Assembly: GCA_973851085.1 (NCBI GenBank) | Contig: OZ316775.1 | Span: forward strand, 18,662,001-18,726,000 | Length of the DNA stretch: 64,000 nucleotides | Direction of reading: 5' to 3' | Source: Ptychomitrium polyphyllum | Lineage: Eukaryota | Part shown: piece by piece, positions 36,422 through 49,197 of the stretch | How positions within the stretch are numbered: position 1 is the first letter of the stretch | Layout of the letters: each line of letters begins with the position of its first letter | The notes under the pieces: model-generated | Seen by the model: the letters and a program-made list of their open reading frames with translations, nothing else | Databases searched by the model: none | Told to the model about the DNA's origin: nothing | Translations under genes and position numbers: made by a program

Positions 36422-38400
36422 TCACCATGGCATGCTCTGCAAATTAGAATCTGTACTAGTATGAGACGAGTGCCTTGAGACGATGATCCATTCTGCAAGT
36501 ACCGAGCAGATGGAGGAGGTCTTGTAGCAGGCAACCAACCTAATCCATCGCCACCTCCAGGTACTGAAACGGATGATGCACAACCCGAATGGAAGGCCGC
36601 TCGGTAGAATTCGGATGGCAACCATGCAGCCCCAGCTGCAGAACATGTGCAATAGCTTCCAGCTCCTGGGATGTTTCTGCATCACTAAATTGATCAGATG
36701 TCAGCGCAAGTCTTGGATCGACCATTCTCGAGATTTCACCATCTTCATATGCACGCCATACTTGCTCCAGCAACAGATGATCTCCTGGTTGTCAGTTGGC
36801 ACCGTGCGTCTCCAGTATCGGCATTTCCCCACAAACGACTTCAAGGAGCAGCACGACGAAGGCGTACACGCCCGTCTCCCTGGTGGGCTTTCCGGTGTAG
36901 TGCATCTCTGGTGCCATGTAGCCCAATGTCCCCGCGAGCATCTTTGGGGAGCTTGTGGTAGTCGACCAGACGAGCAAGCCCAAAGTCGCCCAAGTAAGAT
37001 TTGAAGTTTTCGTCGAGAATCACATTGCTGAACTCGCTGTCGCGGTGGAGTAAGCATCGTACCCACCCTTGGTGCAGATATTCCAGTCCTGCAGCTACTC
37101 CTGCTAGAATTGATTCGCCTAACGTTCCAGGGTACTCCTGTTCACATCCCCGAATGCACCATTGGATAGGAGCTCGCTGTCGTTGAAATTCTTCGTGATG
37201 ATGCAAAGCTCCTGGAAGGTGTAAGGGCGAGATCTAGTGTCGATATCAGTAGGGAGACCTGCCGTGAGCTCATGCTCAGCAGGCTTGATCTCTGATGCTT
37301 TGAGCTTCTTCCTGCGATTAATTAAACAGAATATGCAGAAGCCCAATCGGGCAGCTCCCACAATGGCCACATAAACGCCGGTGACAAGGCCGGCTTGCGA
37401 GATGCCTAGCTGACGCACAGAAATCGAAGTTCCTGGTTTAGGAGTGCCTACTGGGGAAGATGGCATTGGAGAGCTGGATGGGGATGGCGTCGGCAAGCTG
37501 GGCGGAGGTTGACCAAGCAGAAGACTGCTATTGAAATTCCACAACCTGATTCGGTGAAGCTGGTGTTCAGAGCTTTCGGAAGTAACGGACGACCTTGATG
37601 TGAATCCAACATACATTTCCTCATCCAGAACCTTATGTAACACAACATTGGAACAAAAAGCAATGGATCTTTAAGTTTTCCATCTGTTGCCACCAAAGCT
37701 GTAGATCGGAACCGAATTTCAAGTGACTGTTCTGCACCAGCATAATCAACCCCAGCTGTGAAGGACCCCTGCTCGCCATAGAAAAATTGACAGAGCATGT
37801 AACCAGGTCCGCAAAGACTGAAATGATTTGCAGTCGTGCTGCCATTGTTGCTGATGATGAGCCATCTGCTACCATCACTAGACTCGCTGTATTTACTATC
37901 CCACCTAAAAGTATTATAGCGGCTGTCAAACTTCACAGCAAAGATGCGGGTTTGACACATGTGAATCAACATGGTCAAAGCTGCACATCCCATAGTCCGC
38001 ATGGTTTTTGTTTCTAATATACGACTCGAACATGGTTATGTTAGGGTTCGCTGCAAATGTGAAGACCACCTCTTCTCCACATCCATCTAAGCTTAAGCCT
38101 GAGTAGAATGAAATGAAGGACGTGCTGAATGATGCTACTTTTTCCAGCCGCTTTGCCCACCATTCGAACTTCGTCCTTGTACTAAATCCGTCCGCACCAA
38201 CTATAGACTCTAGAGTAATTCGTAGTCATATCCCAAGAGAAAAGCTGAGGATCAAAAGGGCATCATATGATGGCAGAATCCTAACGTCATCCGCTGGGAA
38301 TGAAGCGACACAAAAAGCACTCGAACTAATTTCCCCATCAACAACGCCATTATCACAGAATACAAGCAGCACCACAACCGACAAAATTTTATTAGTCCAC
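36422..38400 (-). pseudogene. L-type lectin receptor-like kinase pseudogene (intronless, frameshifted, internally deleted)
   Basis: Fragments in order: signal-like KILSVVVLLVF, lectin VASFSTSF, IFAVKFDS, MYVGFTS..HRIRLWNFNSS, TM, YTFQEL..TKNFNDSELLSNGAFGDV, then directly ILAGVAAGLEYLHQGWVRCLLHRD..DFGLARL, LAGTLGYMAPE, and HVLQLGLHGCHPNSTERPSIR. Spread over several frames with stops. Confidence 0.9.
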
Positions 38401-39124
38401 GTTCTGGAAGGTTAAAGATCGATCACTGCGCCTGCAAGCTTTACGCTCGGGCTCCTAACTCCCGCATGCCACTAGTGAACTGAACAACCTTCATGTTCGT
38501 TATGTCAAATGGGGATCTTGTGACTAAGTTACTAAATCATTGATCAACATAAAGGCTTTGCACCATTGTCGCATAGAGACAGCAGGTTGACGGCCTACAT
38601 GCTGATAAGTTCAAGTTAGTGGAGACGAAGACACGCTAAGGTGGGGAGGTCTGAGACTCTGTGGTGAAGGAGCAATTGCATGGCATGATGGGATTTGCTT
38701 CAGCTAGAGGCCTACAGCCAGGATAAAGAGATGCACAGAAATCTGCCCACTTTCTGATTAGTGCCAACAAGTGGGGCACCTGCGACCGTGCTGCGCTGTC
38801 GCAGAATCGGAGTAAAGATTTCGATCGTTTATTAATTTTATATGGCTGAGCACAAGCTTGGCAGTAATCTCCAGGTTGCTTGGCATAAATCGTATTAAGA
38901 ACCCGGACCTTCAACTGTAATGGCACATTTTATTTTTTGAGACAGTGCGTTGTTTTTTTTTATGGTTTTGTTGACCTTAAAGACATAACTGCCGACTGCT
39001 ATCAATAGACTTAGCTTACCTGGTGACTCTGCTAGTTTCCACTGCTAGGGCTGCTTTACACCTTCTCGTGCTGGAGAGGGGAGAAGGATAAGGATTTAGT
39101 TCCTAATATATAGGTAATCAAGGT

Positions 39125-39400
39125 AAAAGATGGTCCATAGAAAAGATGGAAAGACATTAAAATAATCACAATGGAAAAGTTTTTTTGTGTAAACGAAGCT
39201 CTTGAGTCGTTATTCCAAGAGCACTCCTAAAAATGGTCAACAAAAGAATATTTTTTTCCCTAATAATTATTGCTATATAAGTGATCAACTCATTTTTTTC
39301 ATCTATCTTCAAATTACTTCTTCTATGGACAATGAGATAAGGTGTAAAACCTTAAAAAGTACTCAAATATTTTGAACATCTATATTGTTCAAATTTTTTT
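39125..39400 (+). repeat. Dispersed repeat copy B (inverted relative to copy A at 22085-22350)
   Basis: CCATAGAAAAGATGGAAAGACATTAAAATAATCACAATGGAAAAGT... continues collinearly with copy A through TCTATGGAC. Confidence 0.75.
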
Positions 39401-39976
39401 AATTTGGCAAAAATCTCTACTATTCTACAATGGGTAATGGGTGAACGTGTGAGGCAGCCCTAGAAATGCAGTTGACATTGTTTTCCATATGCAGGGGAGG
39501 AGAATTTGAGAATACAACTAAACCCATGGTGAGAACCCACCAGCTACTTACCCAAGGTCAGTTTATTGAACGGTTGCAATGGGGACAGATGATATTGAGC
39601 CTTTGCCCACGGTTTCATTTTTTCCATCTACTGTATCTGCTAATCGACTGTTTTATATGGTAACTGGAACAAAACTTAGAGCAGGTCGGGCATGAAGAAC
39701 CAGGCTGCCTAGGGCGTAGAGTTGTTCAAATTCAAATTTTCAGTTTTTTACGTTATGTTGACACCATGTGTGATGTTCAGGTTAATGGCGTTGAAGCGCT
39801 GAAGATTGACAAAGTCCTCGACATTTGGGCCTAATATATAGCCTTCCAAATCTAGGAATAGACCAACCATTGATATAGAGGTTCGTGTGCAGTAACCTTC
39901 ACATTAATTTCATAACAATGGCATGAGTCAGAATCTACAGTGCATCCTTCCCGTCATACATGGTTCCTGGTTTTTG

Positions 39977-42944
39977 TTATCTCCTGAAAAGCCCTGAGGT
40001 TTGGAGCATTTTGCAATAATCAGCAAGCACCGGAGACTTCTTCACCAGATCCCAGATGCGAGGCAATGTCTTCAGCCAATCCCGTTCAGACATGGGCTTG
40101 AAGAAGGAACGTCGCTGCAAAGACAAGATCTGCAAGGTGACATGTGTCTCATCAATTTGATCTCCTCATTTATAGCACCAAATTTTGAAGGAACTTCAAG
40201 ATATTGTCAGCAAGAGGAACTCGATTAAACAATTATGACAAATGTACAGATAACTAGCCCTGGAAACACCACACTAGAGAGCACAGATTTATGAACAGCA
40301 CTTAAGTTCTGTAGAGAGCATAAAGGTGCGCTGTAAGTAAGACAGAAGATGGGCAAGATACCTGATTGCGAAGTTGCTGGAGCATCACGTAGTAGCTTTC
40401 ATATGTGTTCTGGATGACCTCATCTGAGACTTTCAATGGAAGCACGTAGAAGTTAACACCTCTGTCTAACTTTTGCGGCTTTCTAAGGGATGCCAGTTCA
40501 CTTCCATTCTCCACAGTGCCACTGGAAGCTAGTTTTGGCACAGCTGGCATTCCTTTCAAATGAGAACTCATATTGTGCCATTCAGTAGGAGGTGGAAACT
40601 GAGGCACTATGTAGCTGATTATAGAGTTCCTATCAAAAGCCGGATTAGGGAAATAACCAGAAAGGGCCATCTCCAAGCGCTTAACCTCGGTGTAACTGAT
40701 ATCATGTAACCTAGAGGCCACAAGGCAAACACGGATGAAAATTCATGACGAGTATTTCAGTTTCTACATATATTATAACCAAAAACCCTGATATAAATAT
40801 CATCAGTCAGAAGCAACATCATAGGAAAGTGCATATGATAGCGAGCACCCTAAGTGTTAAATAAAATAGAAATTTGGGCACAGATTCAAGAGAGCTGGAT
40901 ACGAACTTTGTGTGTACAAAAACTGCATCAGCGAAATTCTCGATCTGTTCATCTTGCAAACTGTCATTTCTATCCTTGTCTCCGCTTGTGTCAGTTACAG
41001 AAGGCCCCTGGGCAACAACAGATGGATCAGGTATTCCTTGCTTCAGCATCTCAACCTGCCAAGTCATGTGTAAATTAGACTCCCCTTAGACGATAGAAAC
41101 CATGGATAAAAACTGCCAACTATAGAAATACAATGATTCTCTCTAACAACAATCCCATCTGCATCACGGATCGTGTGATTTTGTAGCATTTCAGAGAAAC
41201 GAAAGGGAAAAAAACACTCACAGTGCGCATATATCGCCACATGCTGATGTCATCTACGCCTTCAGTTACCAAAAGGACGACATGGCACACCGAAAACAAA
41301 AACACACCAAGCTAAAGGCGCCACTTGCAAAATCCCAAACCAACCAAAATAATCAGTTCATCATACCATAGTAACCCTACAAGCTTAGTGAATCTGGAAA
41401 TTTCCAAACCAAGGACTGCCTATGACAATCGAAAGATAAGGGGAAACAAACTGTACTTTTCGAAAATTGTACATGTATTGGCTAATAGATAAAAAACCAA
41501 ACACCGCTTCTCATGACTATGTTCGAGCCAGTTCGTATTAATTATATGCCTAAACTATAAAATACTAATAACTGGGGACGAGGGAGTCACACCTGTAACC
41601 TCATAATTTCATGAGCCAGCTCAGCAGACATTGTTTCTCCTCCCAGAACTGGAATGTTTGATATGCCATCAGGCCGCATAAGATCAAGAAGGACAGAAGC
41701 ACTGAAAACTGGCTGCATTGTGACCAGAAACATCGGTTAATACTTTCTTGAAATATGACCTGAAATCAGAATATTAGAATGAAGAAGGGAACAACTGCAA
41801 AAAGGCCAATGGCAAGGCAAGGCTCATACACTTGCATCAGAGAGTTCCCCAATGCGACAGCCCCACGACACTCTTTGGGTGTATGAATGCCTAAATTCAT
41901 GTTCCCTCCATTGAGGATTGACGGCATACATCTCATGACACGCAGGATATGCTAACGCAGAACACATTCCAACTTGCCTGCGTATCCAGAAGGATGATGC
42001 GCTCTGCACACATTCGGAGTTCCAGTCCCACAGAGCAGTGTCTTGCCATGGCTCGTATATCCTCTGTTTGAGTGTTGAACGGTGGCAGCACGCCTTCACC
42101 AGAGCACATTACCAACCAAACTACTGAGTAAGCTTGAGCAATCTAGAACGCACTTGACATTAGAGTTAACAGAAGTTTTTGCAATAGAGAGATTTTCCAA
42201 ACCCAACAGATGGTTCGAGACACGCAGTTAGGAGGCTAACCTTGAGTATTAGAATCAAAGCCATAAATTTCGTTTAGAATCGTAGACTTCCCAGCACCAG
42301 GAGGCCCAAGCACACCAACTACCATAAATTCCTGGTTGTCTGCGGACATAAGCTGCAACTACAAATAAGAAACAGACCAAACAATAGTAATATAGAGGCA
42401 CCGAGAACAAAAAGGGAATGCAGCTTTTTAATTATGGCTCTTAAAAGTACAACAGCAAATAAAAATCTTCACAACACCAAAGGCAATAGGGCATACTGTG
42501 CACAGTTAACAAAGTACTCGGCACAACCAACGAACTCAAAAAACACCAAATCAGTACCTCGAACATAACAGAAAAATTTGCGCATTGAGGCAAGTGATGT
42601 TACTCCAATGAAATTTGTCTTACCACGTACACGGAATTTTTTTTTAAAAAGAGCTATGACGATGAAAGAAGCTGCTCGTAGAAGAAAGACACGAAAATCT
42701 TGATGTTCGGAAAATTTGAGAGAAAAGTGCTCACAGGAAGGTAGCGGTCCGGAGTCAAATCCCAAGTATCCGACAACAAGTTGAGCGACCCTGGAATCCG
42801 CCTCCCAGCTCCATCGTCGTCGCGATCACGCATCAGCTTGATCCCAGTCGGCCCGCTGCTGCCAGACCCTTCAGCTCGCGCCACTGCGGGCTTGGCCAGA
42901 AGAATCTTGGGGCCCGGGCCCCCACTTCCCCCCGAGGTTGCCAT
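39977..42944 (-). CDS. SMG9: Nonsense-mediated mRNA decay factor SMG9
   Basis: Multi-exon gene from ATG 42944: PKILLAKP, SLNLLSDTWD, P-loop VVGVLGPPGAGKSTILNEIYGFD, RAMARHCSVG, ERIILLDTQPVFS, SAELAHEIM, LKQGIPDPS, MSERDWLK..IWDLVKKSP..LQTSGLFRR*. TAA at 39977-39979. One GC-AG intron at 41713-41977. Confidence 0.92.
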
Positions 42945-43025
42945 GGCCACAACCGCAGCACCAAAACCCAAACTTCACCAGAACAGGACCCCAGATGCTC
43001 GTTCTCCACAATCAACCATCCACTG

Positions 43026-43033
43026 AAACCCTA
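43026..43033 (+). promoter_or_regulatory. Telo-box motif (AAACCCTA) in the SMG9 leader/promoter
   Basis: Exact AAACCCTA about 80 bp upstream of the SMG9 ATG. Function is inferred from the motif only. Confidence 0.4.
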
Positions 43034-44208
43034 ATTCCGCTCCATCTCAGACTTCAATCGCACTATCCCAGCAAAGCTCTGTCTCTGGTGCGCAAGTTCA
43101 CAAGACTTGCTCAGAGCTCGGAAACTGATAGCCATGGTGACGCTTTCAAGGAGGAAACAGACTCGCACACAACTGAGACTTTTCAATCAAAACGCACAAG
43201 ACTCAACTTTCACCCTGTATGACGGAATCGCACCCACCCTCCAAACGAAACCAGCCTCGAAACATAGAATGACGCAACTTAACAGAGATTAAACCATATT
43301 GTAATCAACGCTAACCTCGAGACCGGATTCTTGTGCAACTTATTCTCTTGTCGGTCACTTGAGAGAGGAATTTCGCTTCAGTGCAAACTTGTGCTACAAA
43401 AGGTTGAATATTCACTGTAAACAATTCATCATTGTGACGCTCACGTATGATGTGGATTCCTAGGATATGAGGCACAAACTCAAAAGTCTTCGATGTGAGA
43501 AGATTAGGGTTGGAAAGTGAAAGTTATGTAGGGCCAGTTGGACCTGATGGTATGAACTTATTCCTGGTTTTGCCAAAGCCTGTCACGGTTCAATTTGGTC
43601 TAGAGAAATCATTTACTCTTAAGGTGTCGAGTATTTCTTTCTCTTTGTTTTATGGACTCTGCTTGTTGTACCAGCTGCTGGACACGGCTTCGATTCGATG
43701 CAGGAGCGGCAGATGTGGATATTGAAGTGGAGATTACATGTATGCTATGAGGTTGGTTCTGGGTTTTCAGAGATACGGATTCTGTTGTTCTTAGAAAATA
43801 AGGAGCTCTATCGACAAGGCACAAGAGGATCAAGTGTAGGTCCTTGATCAGACGCACACAAATTGGGTGTTTATGTCCAGTTTGCATGCTGCAAATGTTG
43901 ATTTGAGGCTCCGCGGCATATTGCACCATGTGTGGGTTATCTGCATTGATTCGACACTGAATGACCTTTTCGGGGACAAAACTCTTGCTCGAACACTTGC
44001 ACTAGCATGAAGGCAGCATGCTGCAGTAGAATCACGAGAAACAGTTCTGTTTGTGCGGATACACGCAACCCACACGCTGTGTATGGCTTCCAATATCTTA
44101 GAGTATATTACCCAGGTGAATAGTTTTTAGTTTCAATTGAGTAAAACCCAATCCAACATGTCTTCTAATAGATCTCTAGAAGTGCCGGTGCGTTTCCAAA
44201 CTGGAATC

Positions 44209-47200
44209 CTAGTTCTCAACTGGAACCTTGTGCCATAGCTCTGGTGAATCATCATCTGTTCCAAAGTAGCGGTCCCCGAATTCTCCCATTCCAGGTACTA
44301 CACGATACTCATCATTCAACCCAGCATCGATTTCTGAAGTGACTATCTTCAAAAGAGGGAACCTCTTGCAGACGGCGTGAATGCCTTCTGGAGCCTGCAC
44401 AAGACGGCACACATTCCAAATGTTAGAAAACCAGTCAAAACGAAACTGCAGCAGTTGAACACATGTTCTGCGCATTCATTACTCATACAAAATATAACCG
44501 GTACAGTTATCTTACCGATATAAGATTCAAGAATATAATATGGTTTTCTGGGACTCCCTTCTGAATTAACAGCAATATGGCCTGGATTGCTGAATTTCCT
44601 GCAACGGGATCCAGAGAAACGGTTTCTGAGAATCTTACAAAGTAAGGAAGATATCAAGAAGATAAAACATGAGGCTCAGAAGCAATGAAATTCACAAAAT
44701 TGAACCTTTCGAAGCAATGCTTCAAGAATCTAGTCGGTCGGTAAAGCGAAAGTCTCAGAATTTTGGAAGAGAAGTGTCAGAATTCTGGAGCGCGAGGGAA
44801 TGAAGAGTCTGTACCTGTTCCCAAAATGGGGTCCATTAGTAGGACATGTCGATCGGCTATGTCACGAGGCAGTTTTTCATAGATCAGCTGCAACAGAGAT
44901 CATAAAGATGAAGTCAGCATAGTCACAACCTGTACTTGTACCCCTGCTGCTAGTCAATAATCAATCACAGTCGTAGCCAATTGCTTTCATTTAGGAACTG
45001 AAAGATTATTCAAGCCATAATGCACTCAAATGTTTTAGGCTAAATGTGTGGAAGAAGGAACTAATGAGCATCACCGTCCAACCCATTTATCCAATAAAAT
45101 CGTACAAGTAGTACCTGTTTGCCATTATCTCCTTCCCGATGTATCAAAATCTTTCCGATCTTGATGCCTTTGCAGCAGGCACGTAGTGCGTTCTCCATGC
45201 TCTCGCCACTAGTTCACAGAACCCAGCAACTCGATGAGTATGTCACAAACAATGTCAGAAGACCTCTCATTTGAAGACCATCCAGTAGCCACTTCGTACA
45301 CAAACTCTATGTACAACTCAATTTCATAATTTCTGCTGTTTCATAGTTTCCTGCTAGTGACAGTTCAAACCACACAAACAACAGAATCTCTATTGGTCGA
45401 TTGCAACTAAGAAATAGCTACCTTCTTATTATGGATACACCTGCAAGCATCTTGCAGAAGTCCACTCCAACATATATTGAACCTGTATCGATTGCCAAGC
45501 ACCAAGTACAAAATGAACAGTTTTACAAACTATCTAGCAGCCCAGATACACAGCAAAAATTTGTAAATTGAAATATAGAAGTCAGTGAGCTGATCTACTT
45601 CACATAACTAGTCAATAAACGCAACTGTAAGGCAGTCCAAGAATAGACAAAGTATCGCACCTGTTGGCGTGATTACTTGCTTTTCAGTAAACGGCAAATG
45701 ACCCAGTCCATGCTCCACTATCTACCAAGTAAATAGTCAACCACCTCAGTTATTACTGCTTCAAAAGCATTCATTTACAATCTTGCTTAGTGAACTTTCG
45801 GAAGCTCGTGACGATGGTGAGAGCAGAAGTACATGCGGAAATGATTAATTTACGTACCAACCGAATTAGACGATCAGAGTAAAAAACGAAGTCATGTTTT
45901 GTTGTCTTTTGGTCCCGAATCAGGGTATGCATACCCCGAACCTAACATGGTAAGAAAAAACGACCACTGATCAATGATACTCATCTATGCAAGCTTGTTC
46001 TGGTAGCTCACATAAAACTAGCTTTGCATCTGATTCATGCACGCAGATAAGTTGACAGCCTCAGCTCACCTGGAAAGTAGACTGAATCACAAAAACATTT
46101 GGGTAGATCTTGCGAAGGTCATGTTGACCGAGCTTGGTGCGTATGTGTTGCACAATAAGATCAATGGCGACGTGATTATCTCCTCCACGAGGCAAGATCA
46201 CGTCCGCATACTTCTTTGTTGGCAGTACAAAATCATCAAAAGCTGGTTTCACAAATTTCCCATACTACACAAATACACAGCCTCAGATCACTAAGAGTTC
46301 CAATGTTTGACCTTTTTAATTCCATTCTACATATCATCATAGTTGGATTTCCAAGGAACGAAATCGTTGGGACTTATTATTGTAGTCTCAAATTAGGATA
46401 GGGCCCAAAAGCATGGATCAGAAAGATGGCAAAGTGAATCACTAGTAACTTGCCTGCTCTATAACACCGTTAACATCTCTGCCTCTCTCCAGAGTATCAC
46501 GTCTTATCCTTCTTGCCAACCTAACATCAGCATCTGCACTGCACGGTCCAAGATAAGTCCCCATAAGCCAAGCACACGGCTTCTCCTGTGTCTCACAAAA
46601 GAGACCCAAGCAAGCACAAGTGTAAGAGCAGAGCTTGTTAGCACAGTTTGCAGATTTTTCAATGCTGACCTGTATCAACAAATATCTTCATGTTCATGTG
46701 TTCACGAAGACGAGCGTCGTGGAATATCAATATCCCCTCCACAATAATCACATCAGATGCATTGACCTGAAGTGCACGTTAATTTCCAGGTTAGAAACTT
46801 CGTCAAAGAATGATAAACTGATCATGGTCGTCAAAATATTAGCAAATAATGCAAATTCGAATGCTACCTTGCGAAACCTCTCGGAACAACGCTGATGGCT
46901 CTTGAAATCATACTCCGGTATCTTTATGGGCTGGTTAGCTTTCAACTGCTCCAGGCATTCAAGCAACGCCTCCGAATCAAATGCATCTACCAAAGGAAAC
47001 AGTCCGAAGAATACTGAGATACAGCCCTCTCCACATTATTATTTATAGTCAAATTACTGAGAACCCGCGTTCGCTATAAAATGACGAAATAGGAATAGAA
47101 ACAACCATTGCAACTAGACACCCAACTTACTAGGTCATAGCTGAAGAACTGACAACGGGTAAGTGTTTGGGCAGGTTTACTAAAGAGAAGTATGAAGAAC

Positions 47201-47700
47201 ACGACTTGATGCTCTCATTTCGTTTTCAAACACTTGTTTCATAAGGGCTAACTAACAGATATAGGATTACTGTGCAGGCCAACCTGGATGGTCGAAATTA
47301 TATTCCCCCACTTTGGCCGACTCCTCAGGCGTCAAGCCACGGTAAAACGAGTCTTGGTTGACAAGGACTACACGGTGATCATGGAGCTGTTGAATGATCA
47401 TGTCACAGACAGTCGTCTTCCCGGATGCAGTGCCCCCAGCCACTCCTGAAAGTCCAAAAAGAAAAAATACCTTAGAGAGTTATTTCACCATTGAGAGGTG
47501 ACCTATAATCACAACCTTTTATCGCTCTCTGTGCATACTTTGTGAGCACTCCACGTACCAATCACAAATGGAACCTTGTTAGCTCCTAGATGCTTGGTAA
47601 CTGGGTACTCATCAAAATGCTGCCCAGTGTGGTGACCATCCGCAGCGGGTTCCATGGCCTGGACAGGTAACTCTAGCTTCGACACTTTGTCGCTCACCAT
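44209..47700 (-). CDS. UKL: Uridine kinase / uracil phosphoribosyltransferase-like protein (UKL family)
   Basis: Multi-exon gene: [135 protein letters not shown] 47700 directly follows a CAG acceptor. TAG at 44209-44211. GC-AG intron at 46265-46453. Confidence 0.95.
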
Positions 47701-48081
47701 CTGGTTGTGCCAAAAGTGCCTGATAAAGTCAGTTTTGTAAGAAATGCACAATGCTTGCTAAGTACTAACACAAAATAGACTCAGAAACCATTTTCTGTTA
47801 GAAAATATGACCTCAGTGTACAGGTCAGACTTAACAAACAGAAAAAATGGAGAGCCTTGGTTTATATGTCGCTCAAATTCACTACATTCCTACTCTTCCC
47901 AACACTAAATGATCTTCACCGAAGTGCCAAATGCTAATTGAACTCACCCTCCAAAAGCCACAGCTTTGTGCAGATTGAAGGATAGATTCAAAGAGGGGGG
48001 CCATGGAGTGCTCACAAAGTATGCACAGAGAGCGAAGAGTGAAACTTTGATCCTAAGATCAAAGAAGGAAAGTGTGCTTAC

Positions 48082-48314
48082 AGGGTTGAAGTGGCCTGGC
48101 GTCAAATCCCAAGTATCAGATATCATAATAAGCGGTCCTTGAGGAATCCGCCTGTCACCATCGCCGTTCAAATCCCGCATCAGCTCCGTGTTGGTCGAGA
48201 CGCACCTCCGTGCACATACAGAATTCCCAGCCAGGAGCCAGATGCTTATTGGTGGCACTCAAATTCCCTCCGCAAAAGTGATTCTTGTCGATGTCAAAAA
48301 GGTGCCTTGGCGAT
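48082..48314 (-). other. Diverged copy of SMG9 exon 1 forming a putative upstream exon of the UKL gene
   Basis: Encodes LMRDLNGDGDRRIPQGPLIMISDTWDLTPGHFNP versus SMG9 LMRDRDDDGAGRRIPGSLNLLSDTWDLTPDRYLP. Same donor position (CCT|GTAAGCAC vs CCT|GTGAGCAC). Acceptor TTGCAG ends at 48315. Confidence 0.85.
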
Positions 48315-49161
48315 CTGCAATCCATTAGAACAAAAGGGTCCTTGTAACCAAGCTACAGATCGAAGAAAATGAAGCTAAACACAGCAGAACCAGCAAGCTC
48401 ATTCCTACTCCACAAGCTCCACCAAACCGGGACACACAAGGCTCAGCAGATCTGAGGACTAGCCAAAACAGCGAACTTGAAAGAAAAGCTACAGGACCAA
48501 TCCACACCACTAGCAAGTCCAAGCGGGAATACAAAAAGTCAGAATCCATGTAGATAGTAAAATAAGGAAACCAAGCTCCCTAACCCAGACCGTAGTACGG
48601 ATATCCGCCACTTTAATAGTGATCACTTAATCTCAGAGGAACGTAGCAAACAAACAAAACCAGGATAATACTTGATTACAGAATGCACTAGACTAGTTTG
48701 ACGTCACTACCATCAGTGACTCCACTGATTGAACCTCAATGCCATTAGGGAAAAACTTCAGAACCGAGAGAAAGTTGTGCTCACCAATGCAGAGCACGAC
48801 AAGTCTAGAAGATTAGCCGGCAGAAAAAGCCTGCCACTAAAAGAGGTGAGGAGGACTCAGAGTCTCAGAGGCATGGCTACCGCCATAGCCAGGAAACGAA
48901 AGAGGACATGGTACAAGTCTGAAAGAGATAAAACTAACTTAGCAGCTTGGGATGCCGTTCCTGCAAGTTGGAACAACAACAAAGATCGGTTTCTATCGGT
49001 GCCTCAAAGCCTGGCGCCCCTTTTGGCTGGAGCTCTTCCTCCGCTCGCAGCTGCAGCTCCTGCCAGTGACATGCCACCTCGTCCCTTGGGGGATTCCGAA
49101 TCCTGCTTGCACGCCGGGATTCAACCATCCCATCTCCAGCCCCCGATTGACTGACTCTCTA

Positions 49162-49197
49162 CTCTCTCCTCTCTCCTCTCTCCTCTCTCCTCTCTCT
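49162..49197 (+). repeat. (CTCTCTC)n / GA-rich simple repeat upstream of the UKL gene
   Basis: About five copies of a 7-nt CT unit, followed by a long pyrimidine tract. Confidence 0.7.

Noticed and set aside
40890..40910. GTATCC U12-like donor in SMG9
   Set aside because: Continues AG rather than TT. The nearby AA|GTTCGT U2 donor gives the correct phase with the next exon.
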